Positions 1 through 7,809 of a DNA stretch of 64,000 nucleotides are shown here, piece by piece. The first letter of the stretch is position 1; the number at the start of each line of letters is the position of its first letter. This DNA comes from Bacteroidales bacterium (GTDB lineage: Bacteria > Bacteroidota > Bacteroidia > Bacteroidales > P3): the NCBI GenBank assembly GCA_045222795.1, contig JBGUZF010000017.1, positions 4,079 through 68,078 of the forward strand. Direction: 5' to 3'. The position numbers and the translations under genes are program-made. Below the pieces are notes generated by a model, which was not told the DNA's origin, ran no database searches, and was given only the letters and a program-made list of their open reading frames with translations.

Positions 1-3000
1 GTGGCGCTGTTGTCGCTAAGGTCGTCGAGGGCCACATTTGTCGGACGGATACAGGAGGGCACCTCGGCACAGAGATTGAAGGCCACATTGACTCGATAAG
101 TGACGCGGGAACCCGATGCAGAGCTTGAGGAGCTGCTCTTGTAGAGATAGATGGTACGGTATCCGGGCGAAGTGCTGCCATAATAGATTGTACCGCTGGC
201 CGAAGGAGCAACGTTGCGTTCGAAAATAACAATCAGGTTGTTGCTGCCGCTGTAGGCAAACGGCGTGGTGAGGGGTATCTCCACCCACTGGTTGGCCGTC
301 GTGGCAAAGTTGCCGTTGAAGACCAGCGTGGGATTGAGAGCATTGATAAGGTTGGTGTCGGACACCGCACTGAACTCATCGAAATCGGCCTCTACCATAT
401 AGACCTTGAAACCATTGATGGTGCAAGCGGTGGCACCGGCATGCACGCTGATGGAGTTGATATTGGCACCGGCCAACAAGCCCATGGCGCCAAGCTCATT
501 GACAGTGAAAATACTGGCAGATTTGCCATAAGGATATGAGGTGTAGTTGTATGCGAAATATGTGTAGCCACTGCTGGTACCATCGCCGATGGTATCCTGG
601 ATGTTGACATATCCGTTGCCACAGTTAACCAGAGTTGTGAACGATTGCAGCATGGGCACATTTGAAGTGTCGCTGCCGCAGTTGGCAACCACAGTCCAGT
701 AGTAGTTGGTGTAGCTCTGCAGGCCCGTGACGAGTGCAAAGGTGTCATATACCGTGGTGAACTGGCACGTGTCGAGGTTGAAGCCTGCTTGGGTGCTGTA
801 GTATACGTTGTACGAGAAGGCGTTCTCGCTACCGCTAACCCAAGAGAGCAACGCGGCATCGTAAGAGAGACTGTCGACAGTGAGAGCAGTCGGGCGCGGG
901 CAGTCGGGTAGCGGGCCGAGGGTCACATCGTCGAGCATCAAGTAGATGGCCGTTGAGGAGCCAGGATGCTGCACAGCACTGAAGGCTATGTAAAGACCAG
1001 AATCTGTATAGGATGCCAGAGGCACCTCATACATCTCGTATTCCGTTCCTGTGGGATGCACCTGTTCTATTGCCGTGAAGGTGGTGGCATCAGTCGGGTC
1101 AGTCATCACGCCCACCACGAAGTCGCAGTTGTAGCTGGTGCTGTACTGCCGTGCCCAGAAGGTGAGTTGCAGGGTGCTGAGGTCCAGCAGCGAGTCCACC
1201 GGTGGCATGATGCCATAGCAGTAGCCTCCGGCAGCAGCGTAGAAGTAGAGGCCGTGGCTGTTGTTGTGGCCGTAGGTGGTAGTGCCGTGGACATAGGGAC
1301 GGTCAGCGGTGCTGCCAAGCTTGTACCAGCAGGTGGGGAAGACCGTGCTGCCTGAACCATAGCTTTCGAAGTCTTCGGTGTAGGGCAGTGCGGTGGCGTT
1401 GATATATCCGCAGTTGGTGCGTACATTTAAAAGTGTAGCGTCGCTAGTGTCGCCGCCGCCACACACTGCACGCACGCTGATTTCATAGTTAGTGCTGGCA
1501 GACAGGTTAGAAAAAGTGTAGGTGGTATCGTATGCAGAGTACTCATTGGTGCCGTCGCTGACAATCCACTCGCTCTCGAAGCCACCAGGCTGCCAAGTGA
1601 CAGTAATTTCATCGGTCGACACCTCCGTGGCCGTCAGACCCGTCGGGCGAACACAGGCTGGCAGTTCCTCCAGAGTGACGTCGTCGAGCATCAGGTAGAT
1701 GGCCGTCGAGGTGCCAGGATGCTGCACAGCCCGGAAGGCGACATACACACCTGTGCCCGTGTAGGCCGTCAGGGGCACATCGAACTGTTCATATTCTGTT
1801 CCTACAGGGTGCACCACATCCAGCGGAGTGAAAGTGGAGGTATCCGTCGGGTCGGTCATCACGCCCACCACAAAGTCGCAGTTGTAGGTTGTGCTGTACT
1901 GACGTGCCCAGAAGGTAACCTGCAAGGTGTTGAGGTCCAGTAGCGAGTCCACCGGTGGCATGATGCCGTAGCAGTAGCCTCCGGCAGCAGCGTAGAAATA
2001 GAGGCCGTGGCTGTTGTCGCCGTGGCCGTAGGAGGTGGTAGCATGGATATAGGGGCGGTCGGCGGTGCTGCCGAGTTTGTACCAGCAGGTGGGGAAGGCC
2101 GTGGTGCCGCTACCATCGTTCTCAAAGTTCTCGGTGTAAGGCAGCGCGTCGGCGTCGATGGCGACACACGACGTGCGGAACTGCGTGGTCGACACGTCGC
2201 TCGAGTCGTCGACGCCGCAAACTGCACGCACAGAGATAGTGTAGTTGGTGTTGGGCGTCAAACCAGTTATCGTGGTGGTGGTGTCGTAGACAATGGAGGT
2301 GGTATTATTGAAGCTTACCTCCCACTCGGTCTCGGTGCCGGCAGGGGTCCACGTCAGCGTGGCGTCGCCGGAAGATGCCAGGACATGCAGGTTCATGGGA
2401 GCCGGGCACGAGGGCATGTAGTCAAGCGTGATGTCGTCAACGTTGGCATACCACGAGGTAGTCGGGCGCTCGGCCTTGATGGCCACATAGCAGCCCGTAC
2501 CTTGATAGATGGAGAGGTATGCCTCGTATTCCGCATAGGTTGTGCCTTCCACCTCGACGGTGGTCACCTCGGTGAAGGTGGTGATGTCGGCAGGGTCGGT
2601 CATCACGCCCACCTTGAACACGGGACGGTAGCTGGCAGACGTTGCTCTGGCCCAGAACTTCAGTGTCAATTCTGAAACATTAGCCACATTGGGGTCAATA
2701 CCAGGCAACACGATGCACTGGTAGTCGCCGTAAGTGCCGGTTGTCGTGCTCCCATACCAGTAAAGGCCGCGGCTGCCACCGTGGCAGTAGCTGGCAGTGC
2801 TGGAAATATAGGGATAGCCGAAGTATTGGCTAGCATTGTTCAGCAGCGTCCAGCAGGGGGCCCACGTTGTAGTAGGTGTGGTGGAGGTGGTGGTCGAAGC
2901 GTCCTCGAAGCCGTAGACGTATGGCAACGAGTCAATATAGACGCACGGTGTGTGGAATGAGGCCGACTTAACACTGCTTGAGTCGTTCGCGCCGCAGACG

Positions 3001-3905
3001 GCACGCACGGAGAAGGTGTAGTTGGTGTTGGGAGTGAGGCCTGTCACTGTGGTGAAGGTGTCGTTGACAGTGTATGTGCTGCCTCCGAAAGTCACTTCCC
3101 ATTCACTTTCACTTCCCTGGGGAGTCCATCTGAGGGTGGCGTCGGTCTGGGTGGCAGAGGCCTGCAGGTTCGTGGGAGCCGGGCAGCTTACATAAGGACG
3201 CGTGAAACGGTAGTAGCGGTTGGCATCGGGCCATGTGCCGCTCGCTATAGTGGTCGAGTTGCCAGCGGTGAAATGGGTTGCTACATGCGAGGCCGAGATG
3301 GTCCAGCCATCGGAGGCATTCACGCAAAGTCCGCACTGGCGCGCAACAGCAGGAGCCGTAGTGGGAATGCCGCTGGCTGAGGGATAGACAATCTCCACAT
3401 TGCCGCTGGCATACAGATGCACTTGCCACTTGTAGAGGTTGTTGCGCGTTGTAGAGTTAAAGGTTCCCGTACAGAACTCGACCACCAGAATCGAGTCATC
3501 GACCAGCAACTTCTTCACATAGTGGCTGCCGCTGACGCCATAGCCATCGCAACCGAAAGCATTAATCTTCGGGTTGTTGGAATTGGCATTCGACGAGTTG
3601 AATGGGGTAGAGTAGAGTGTCGTTCCGGTCACAACGCTTCCAAGGCGCAGGTTGCCGTCGGTATTGACCGAGAACTGTGTGTAGACATCCTCGGCAAACG
3701 GAAAGCTAAAACCGATGGTTTGAACACTCGACGCCAGACCGTCGCTGCCCGAAGGGGTCAAGATCTGTGTTGCCGATGACATGTCGTACCACAGCGTTGC
3801 ATCGGTGCCGGTGCTAAAAGTATAGTCACCCAGCATCTGCGCCTGCGTCACCCACGGCACCAACATCGCCGCGAGGAGCATCAGAATCGATAAGTGCTTT
3901 TTCAT
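1..3905 (-). CDS. Large secreted cell-surface protein, C-terminus cut by the window edge. A signal peptide is followed by alternating Fn3-like and choice-of-anchor-J / cleaved-adhesin-like modules.
   Basis: Not in the ORF track because it has no in-window stop. Hand translation of the minus strand from the ATG at 3905-3903 gives MKKHLSILMLLAAMLVPWVTQAQMLGDYTF, a signal peptide. The same frame reads ATLLNVRTNCGYINATALPYTEDFESYGSG at 1439-1350, CVAIDADALPYTENFENDGSG near 2170-2110 and CVYIDSLPYVYGFEDAS near 2950-2900. No shorter minus-strand ORF ending at 3905 is listed, so the frame must stay open to the window edge. Confidence 0.7.
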   Translation of the reverse strand, partial: MKKHLSILMLLAAMLVPWVTQAQMLGDYTFSTGTDATLWYDMSSATQILTPSGSDGLASSVQTIGFSFPFAEDVYTQFSVNTDGNLRLGSVVTGTTLYSTPFNSSNANSNNPKINAFGCDGYGVSGSHYVKKLLVDDSILVVEFCTGTFNSTTRNNLYKWQVHLYASGNVEIVYPSASGIPTTAPAVARQCGLCVNASDGWTISASHVATHFTAGNSTTIASGTWPDANRYYRFTRPYVSCPAPTNLQASATQTDATLRWTPQGSESEWEVTFGGSTYTVNDTFTTVTGLTPNTNYTFSVRAVCGANDSSSVKSASFHTPCVYIDSLPYVYGFEDASTTTSTTPTTTWAPCWTLLNNASQYFGYPYISSTASYCHGGSRGLYWYGSTTTGTYGDYQCIVLPGIDPNVANVSELTLKFWARATSASYRPVFKVGVMTDPADITTFTEVTTVEVEGTTYAEYEAYLSIYQGTGCYVAIKAERPTTSWYANVDDITLDYMPSCPAPMNLHVLASSGDATLTWTPAGTETEWEVSFNNTTSIVYDTTTTITGLTPNTNYTISVRAVCGVDDSSDVSTTQFRTSCVAIDADALPYTENFENDGSGTTAFPTCWYKLGSTADRPYIHATTSYGHGDNSHGLYFYAAAGGYCYGIMPPVDSLLDLNTLQVTFWARQYSTTYNCDFVVGVMTDPTDTSTFTPLDVVHPVGTEYEQFDVPLTAYTGTGVYVAFRAVQHPGTSTAIYLMLDDVTLEELPACVRPTGLTATEVSTDEITVTWQPGGFESEWIVSDGTNEYSAYDTTYTFSNLSASTNYEISVRAVCGGGDTSDATLLNVRTNCGYINATALPYTEDFESYGSGSTVFPTCWYKLGSTADRPYVHGTTTYGHNNSHGLYFYAAAGGYCYGIMPPVDSLLDLSTLQLTFWARQYSTSYNCDFVVGVMTDPTDATTFTAIEQVHPTGTEYEMYEVPLASYTDSGLYIAFSAVQHPGSSTAIYLMLDDVTLGPLPDCPRPTALTVDSLSYDAALLSWVSGSENAFSYNVYYSTQAGFNLDTCQFTTVYDTFALVTGLQSYTNYYWTVVANCGSDTSNVPMLQSFTTLVNCGNGYVNIQDTIGDGTSSGYTYFAYNYTSYPYGKSASIFTVNELGAMGLLAGANINSISVHAGATACTINGFKVYMVEADFDEFSAVSDTNLINALNPTLVFNGNFATTANQWVEIPLTTPFAYSGSNNLIVIFERNVAPSASGTIYYGSTSPGYRTIYLYKSSSSSSASGSRVTYRVNVAFNLCAEVPSCIRPTNVALDDLSDNSA

Positions 3906-3975
3906 AATGATTAGATTTAGTTAATTAATTGATTTTTATATTCTAACTGTATTATGCCTTTTTCTTAGGTTATTA

Positions 3976-3983
3976 CAAAGGTA
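3976..3983 (-). promoter_or_regulatory. Candidate Bacteroidetes -7 promoter element (TAccTTTG on the minus strand) for the surface-protein gene
   Basis: The plus strand reads caaaggta, which matches TAnnTTTG on the minus strand about 70 nt upstream of the ATG at 3905. Confidence 0.3.
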
Positions 3984-4031
3984 GAAAAACGTATGTATTA
4001 ATGCAAATTTTTTTTCTTTTTTAACATTAAA

Positions 4032-4065
4032 GACGCCCCCTATGCCAGTTAGCACAGGGGGCGCC
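4032..4065 (-). terminator. GC-rich hairpin downstream of the MFS transporter gene
   Basis: gacgccccct ... agggggcgcc forms a 10-bp stem with one mismatch, about 30 nt after the stop at 4095. Only a short T run follows on the minus strand. Confidence 0.45.
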
Positions 4066-4094
4066 TTTATAACTATACTTACCTGATATATCGG

Positions 4095-5402
4095 TTACTC
4101 TACCGGAATGTCTTTGTTGACATTCTTCGAGCCTACGATGGCGTAGAAGAGGATGTAGGCGAGCATGGCAACAACAAGCCAGTAGCTGCCCATATAGCCC
4201 ACACTGCCGGCTAGCCAGTTCTGCAGCAAGGGCATGACGCCGCCGCCGACGACCATCATCATGAAGATGCCGCTGGCCTGCGGGGTGTATTTGCCAAGGC
4301 CCTCGACGGCGAGGTTGAAGATGGCGCCCCACATGAGCGAGGTGCAGAGGCCGCAGAGTACCAGGAAGAGGGCGCTGAGAGGCACCTGGAACATGGCGAA
4401 GCCGTCGGCAACGCTATAACCAGGCATGGAGACACGCACAGTGGAGGGCATCACTATGGCCACCACGATGAGCACTATGGCCACCAGCGAGACGGTGGAG
4501 AGCTGCACGCGGGTGCTGACCTTGCCACTGATGGTGGCGCTGACAGCGCGGCCCACCATCATAAGCAGCCAGTAGACGGCAGCAACAGCACCGCCGATGG
4601 CGGCTCCGCAGAGCGGGTCGTCAGTGAGGTAGAAGTTGAGCTCGGCAGGGATACCCACCTCGGTGCCCACATAGAAGAAGATGGCCACCACACCAAGCAC
4701 CAAGTGTCGGAAGCTCCAAGCACTGTGGGCATCTTTAATGGTCGATTTCTCCTTCTGGAGGCTCGGCTCAGGAATGCTTACGAAGAGCAGTATGACGAAA
4801 GCCAGTGCAAAGACACCCATGGCAATGAAGAGCAGCGGCGCCACATCGCTCATGGCCGTGCGGTCGGTGACGGTGCCAATAAGGGCGCCGACGAGCAGCG
4901 GCGTCAAGGTGCCGGTGAGCGAATTCAGCGTGCCGCCGGTCTGAATGAGCTGGTTGCCGCGGTTGCCGCCGCCGCCGAGGGTATTGAGCATCGGGTTCAC
5001 CACGGTGTTGAGCATGCAGACACAGAAGCCGCAGATGAAGGCTCCGAGGAGGTAGACCACGAAGTTGAGCATCACGGCATCTTCACCAACAGTAAAGACC
5101 GATGTGCCAGCGCCCACGAGGCTCGAGAGGTACTGCACCACCATGCCGGCGAAGCCCACGCCGAGGGCCCAGAGGGCCGTCTTCTTATAACCGATGCGAG
5201 CCATGATGCGCCCGGCGGGAATGCCCATAATCAGATAGGCGAGGAAGTTCATCATGTTGCCGAGCATGCCGCCCCACGAGTACTGGTTCTTCCAGATGTT
5301 GCCGAAAGGCGCCGCCATATTGGTGACGAACGATATCATGGCGAACATGAAGAACATGGTGACGATAGCCACCCACGGAGTTTTTGTTTTCTGCTGTTCC
5401 AT
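4095..5402 (-). CDS. Sugar MFS transporter (FucP/GluP-like)
   Basis: 435-aa polytopic ORF with an ATG start. Hydrophobic segments are spread across the whole length, and the sequence resembles the glucose/galactose and fucose permease family. Confidence 0.7.
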   Translation of the reverse strand: MEQQKTKTPWVAIVTMFFMFAMISFVTNMAAPFGNIWKNQYSWGGMLGNMMNFLAYLIMGIPAGRIMARIGYKKTALWALGVGFAGMVVQYLSSLVGAGTSVFTVGEDAVMLNFVVYLLGAFICGFCVCMLNTVVNPMLNTLGGGGNRGNQLIQTGGTLNSLTGTLTPLLVGALIGTVTDRTAMSDVAPLLFIAMGVFALAFVILLFVSIPEPSLQKEKSTIKDAHSAWSFRHLVLGVVAIFFYVGTEVGIPAELNFYLTDDPLCGAAIGGAVAAVYWLLMMVGRAVSATISGKVSTRVQLSTVSLVAIVLIVVAIVMPSTVRVSMPGYSVADGFAMFQVPLSALFLVLCGLCTSLMWGAIFNLAVEGLGKYTPQASGIFMMMVVGGGVMPLLQNWLAGSVGYMGSYWLVVAMLAYILFYAIVGSKNVNKDIPVE

Positions 5403-5411
5403 ATTTTTTTA

Positions 5412-5493
5412 GTTTTAAGTATTAAGTTTTAAGCTTTAAGCGGGTTGCCGCTACCTGCGTAGCAACTTAATACTTACAGCTTAAAACTTACAG
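5412..5493. repeat. Periodic-arm hairpin: left arm of 7-nt units (gttttaa/gtattaa/gttttaa/gctttaa), loop, right arm of complementary 7-nt units (cttaata/cttacag/cttaaaa/cttacag)
   Basis: Read directly from the sequence. It fills the spacer between the C10 stop (5494) and the MFS start (5402). The unit family is the same as at 12684-12765 and 13821-13892. Confidence 0.8.
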
Positions 5494-7800
5494 TTAGAAC
5501 ACTATTATTTTCTTTGCCGTTCCGTCGACGCGGATGATATATATCCCCGCCGTCGGCAGGGTGAACCGCGCCCCTGCTGCCACCTGGCGCCCTTGCAGGT
5601 CGTAGGCGGCAATGGCCGCGCCCTGCGGAGCCTCGACGCTCACCGTGCGCCCGAGGATGTCCACCCCGAAGCCCACTTCGGCAACCGGGGTTATGCCCAC
5701 CAGCGTGCCGTAGACGGCCGTGAGGCTGATACTGTAATCGGCCACAAAGGTGTAGGGGTTGTCCACAATCTTGCTGCCCCACGGCGTGAGCCAGAAGCGG
5801 AAGAGGGTGTCGCCCTGACCGGCGGTGGCGCTGACGGTGACGGAGGTGCCTTCGGCGAAGGTGCCCCCGCCGCTGACGCTGCAGTAGTCGGGCAGCGGCA
5901 GACCGAGGGTGTCGTAGCGGTAAGCCATATCTAGCGTCACGGTGCTCTCCATGCTGTCGCGCGGAGTGAAATATGTGCGTATCATCCAAGTCAGCCAGCG
6001 CTCGCTGTCGGTGTACAGATGCCAACGGCCGTTGCTGAAGAACCACGACCCGTCGGGATTGCCGCAATAATAACTGCCGGCAGTGGTGAAGACATGCTCA
6101 CGCCCTTCGTTGAGGACTGTGATCCACAGCGGACGGCTGTTGTCGACAACCACAGCGCTGTCGAGCGTGTAGGTATGCCAGCCCTTGCCGACGAACATTT
6201 CACGCTGGCTGTAGAGCAGCGTGGCGGGACAAACGGTGTCACCCTGATATATGCCCAGAGTATAGGTAGCGCCGCCGAAGATGTAAACCTGCACCTCACT
6301 GACGCTACGCTGCGGAACACGGAGGTCGGCGGGGATACGTGCAGCCCAGAAGGAGGTGTCGCCATGGGTGTTCTTGATGGCGGTGATGTACGTGGAGGCG
6401 TTGTATTCCAACGTGTCGGTGCCCAGAGGCACGAAGACGGCAGTGTCGACAACATCACCGCTTGCCAGACCTATGATTGGGTTGAGGGTGCTGCCACTGG
6501 TCCAATGGTCGAATCGGTAGCCGGAGGCCGGAGTTGCGAAGACGGCTATGCTGTCGACATCGACGTTGTACACGCCGTTGCCGCTGACGGTTCCCATGGT
6601 GGTGTCGGCGCTATGCACCCTGACCAATGCCAGCTCGTCGCCGAGACTATTGTAGAGGGGTCGGATGCCTATGATGGCCTGGCAGTTGCCGTTGTAGCTG
6701 TTGGACGAGGAACTGCCCGTACCGCCACCGCCGGGGTTGAGGGCGTCGAGGGTGTAGTAGGCGTCGTAGTAGCCGCCCCAGCCCCAGTTGACATGGAAAT
6801 AGCGCAGACCCGTGGAACTGTTGATGTTGGTCGAGCAGCCGTCGATGACGAAAGCGTGGCCGGCATCGTTGCCGAAACCGGTGTAGAGCACCGGACGGCC
6901 GTAGTGCATCTCGACGAGCATGATGCTGTCCCATTCACTGGCAGTGAAGTAGCTCTTCCTTAGGCCGCGCAACTCGGGACTGTAGCGGAAATATCTCTTG
7001 AGGGAACGCTCGGAGGAAGCCCCGTAGCTCTCCAGTATCTGTGCGCCGCTAGAGTTGACGCCATAGTCCATCTCCACAGAGACACCCACGTGGTACATCA
7101 GCAACGCCACAGCGTTGATTTGGGCATTGGAGCTGTTCCAGCCCAGTGAGTTGGGCATGCTGCCCCACGGGTATACGGTGTCGAAGTCGGCAGTGAGGGT
7201 ACCGAAGCCGGCACATCCGTAACTGTGCGAACCTCGTCCATGGGTGGGATGGTTCCAGTATTTCATTATCTGTGCCTGAGCTGTGGCCACGCATCCTGTG
7301 ACAGCATGCTGGCCCGAGGCATTGGCGGGGCACATCTCGTTGTAGCGCGGCGACTGACTCCAGCGGGTGACGAGCATGGGTGACACAGCGGTGGTGAGGT
7401 CCATCTCGCCTTTGGCAACGATGTCCCTCCACAAGGCAGTAACCTCGGGGGCTGCAGCAAATTCGCGGCGCGAGGCTATGTCGGCGCTATAGCCGTCGAG
7501 CCAAGCCTGCACATGGGCAGGAACACTGTCGAGGGGAAAGCTGCCGTCGGTGGAGTATGCCAGGAGGGGAGCCGCAACATCGTCGGCCGAGACAAGTACG
7601 AAACCAGATCCCGAGACGGGATGCACGAGATAAAGCTCGTCGCTGAGAGGGGTTACGGTGAGGTCAGCCTGCGGCAGTATGCGCGAAGCCACCTGACGAG
7701 CCACAGCGGGGTCGACAGGCTTTGCAGAAACGGTGCTGAAAGTTGAGAGTTGAAAGTTGAAAATTGAAACTAATATAGCTACAAATATGCTCTTTTTCAT
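5494..7800 (-). CDS. Peptidase C10 family cysteine protease (streptopain/interpain-like) with an N-terminal Spi/I69-type propeptide and a probable T9SS C-terminal domain
   Basis: 768 aa. It has a signal peptide and the propeptide motif FVLVSADDVAAPLLAYS. The catalytic Cys context is TGCVATAQAQIMKYWNHP and the His context is GHAFVIDGC ... HVNWGWGG. The C-terminus is AGIYIIRVDGTAKKIIVF. Confidence 0.9.
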   Translation of the reverse strand: MKKSIFVAILVSIFNFQLSTFSTVSAKPVDPAVARQVASRILPQADLTVTPLSDELYLVHPVSGSGFVLVSADDVAAPLLAYSTDGSFPLDSVPAHVQAWLDGYSADIASRREFAAAPEVTALWRDIVAKGEMDLTTAVSPMLVTRWSQSPRYNEMCPANASGQHAVTGCVATAQAQIMKYWNHPTHGRGSHSYGCAGFGTLTADFDTVYPWGSMPNSLGWNSSNAQINAVALLMYHVGVSVEMDYGVNSSGAQILESYGASSERSLKRYFRYSPELRGLRKSYFTASEWDSIMLVEMHYGRPVLYTGFGNDAGHAFVIDGCSTNINSSTGLRYFHVNWGWGGYYDAYYTLDALNPGGGGTGSSSSNSYNGNCQAIIGIRPLYNSLGDELALVRVHSADTTMGTVSGNGVYNVDVDSIAVFATPASGYRFDHWTSGSTLNPIIGLASGDVVDTAVFVPLGTDTLEYNASTYITAIKNTHGDTSFWAARIPADLRVPQRSVSEVQVYIFGGATYTLGIYQGDTVCPATLLYSQREMFVGKGWHTYTLDSAVVVDNSRPLWITVLNEGREHVFTTAGSYYCGNPDGSWFFSNGRWHLYTDSERWLTWMIRTYFTPRDSMESTVTLDMAYRYDTLGLPLPDYCSVSGGGTFAEGTSVTVSATAGQGDTLFRFWLTPWGSKIVDNPYTFVADYSISLTAVYGTLVGITPVAEVGFGVDILGRTVSVEAPQGAAIAAYDLQGRQVAAGARFTLPTAGIYIIRVDGTAKKIIVF
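7735..7770. repeat. Heptamer array (agttgag/agttgaa/agttgaa/aattgaa) inside the 5' end of the C10 gene
   Basis: On the sense (minus) strand it encodes SIFNFQLSTFS, which is the hydrophobic core of the signal peptide. Confidence 0.75.
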
Positions 7801-7809
7801 AGGTCAGAT

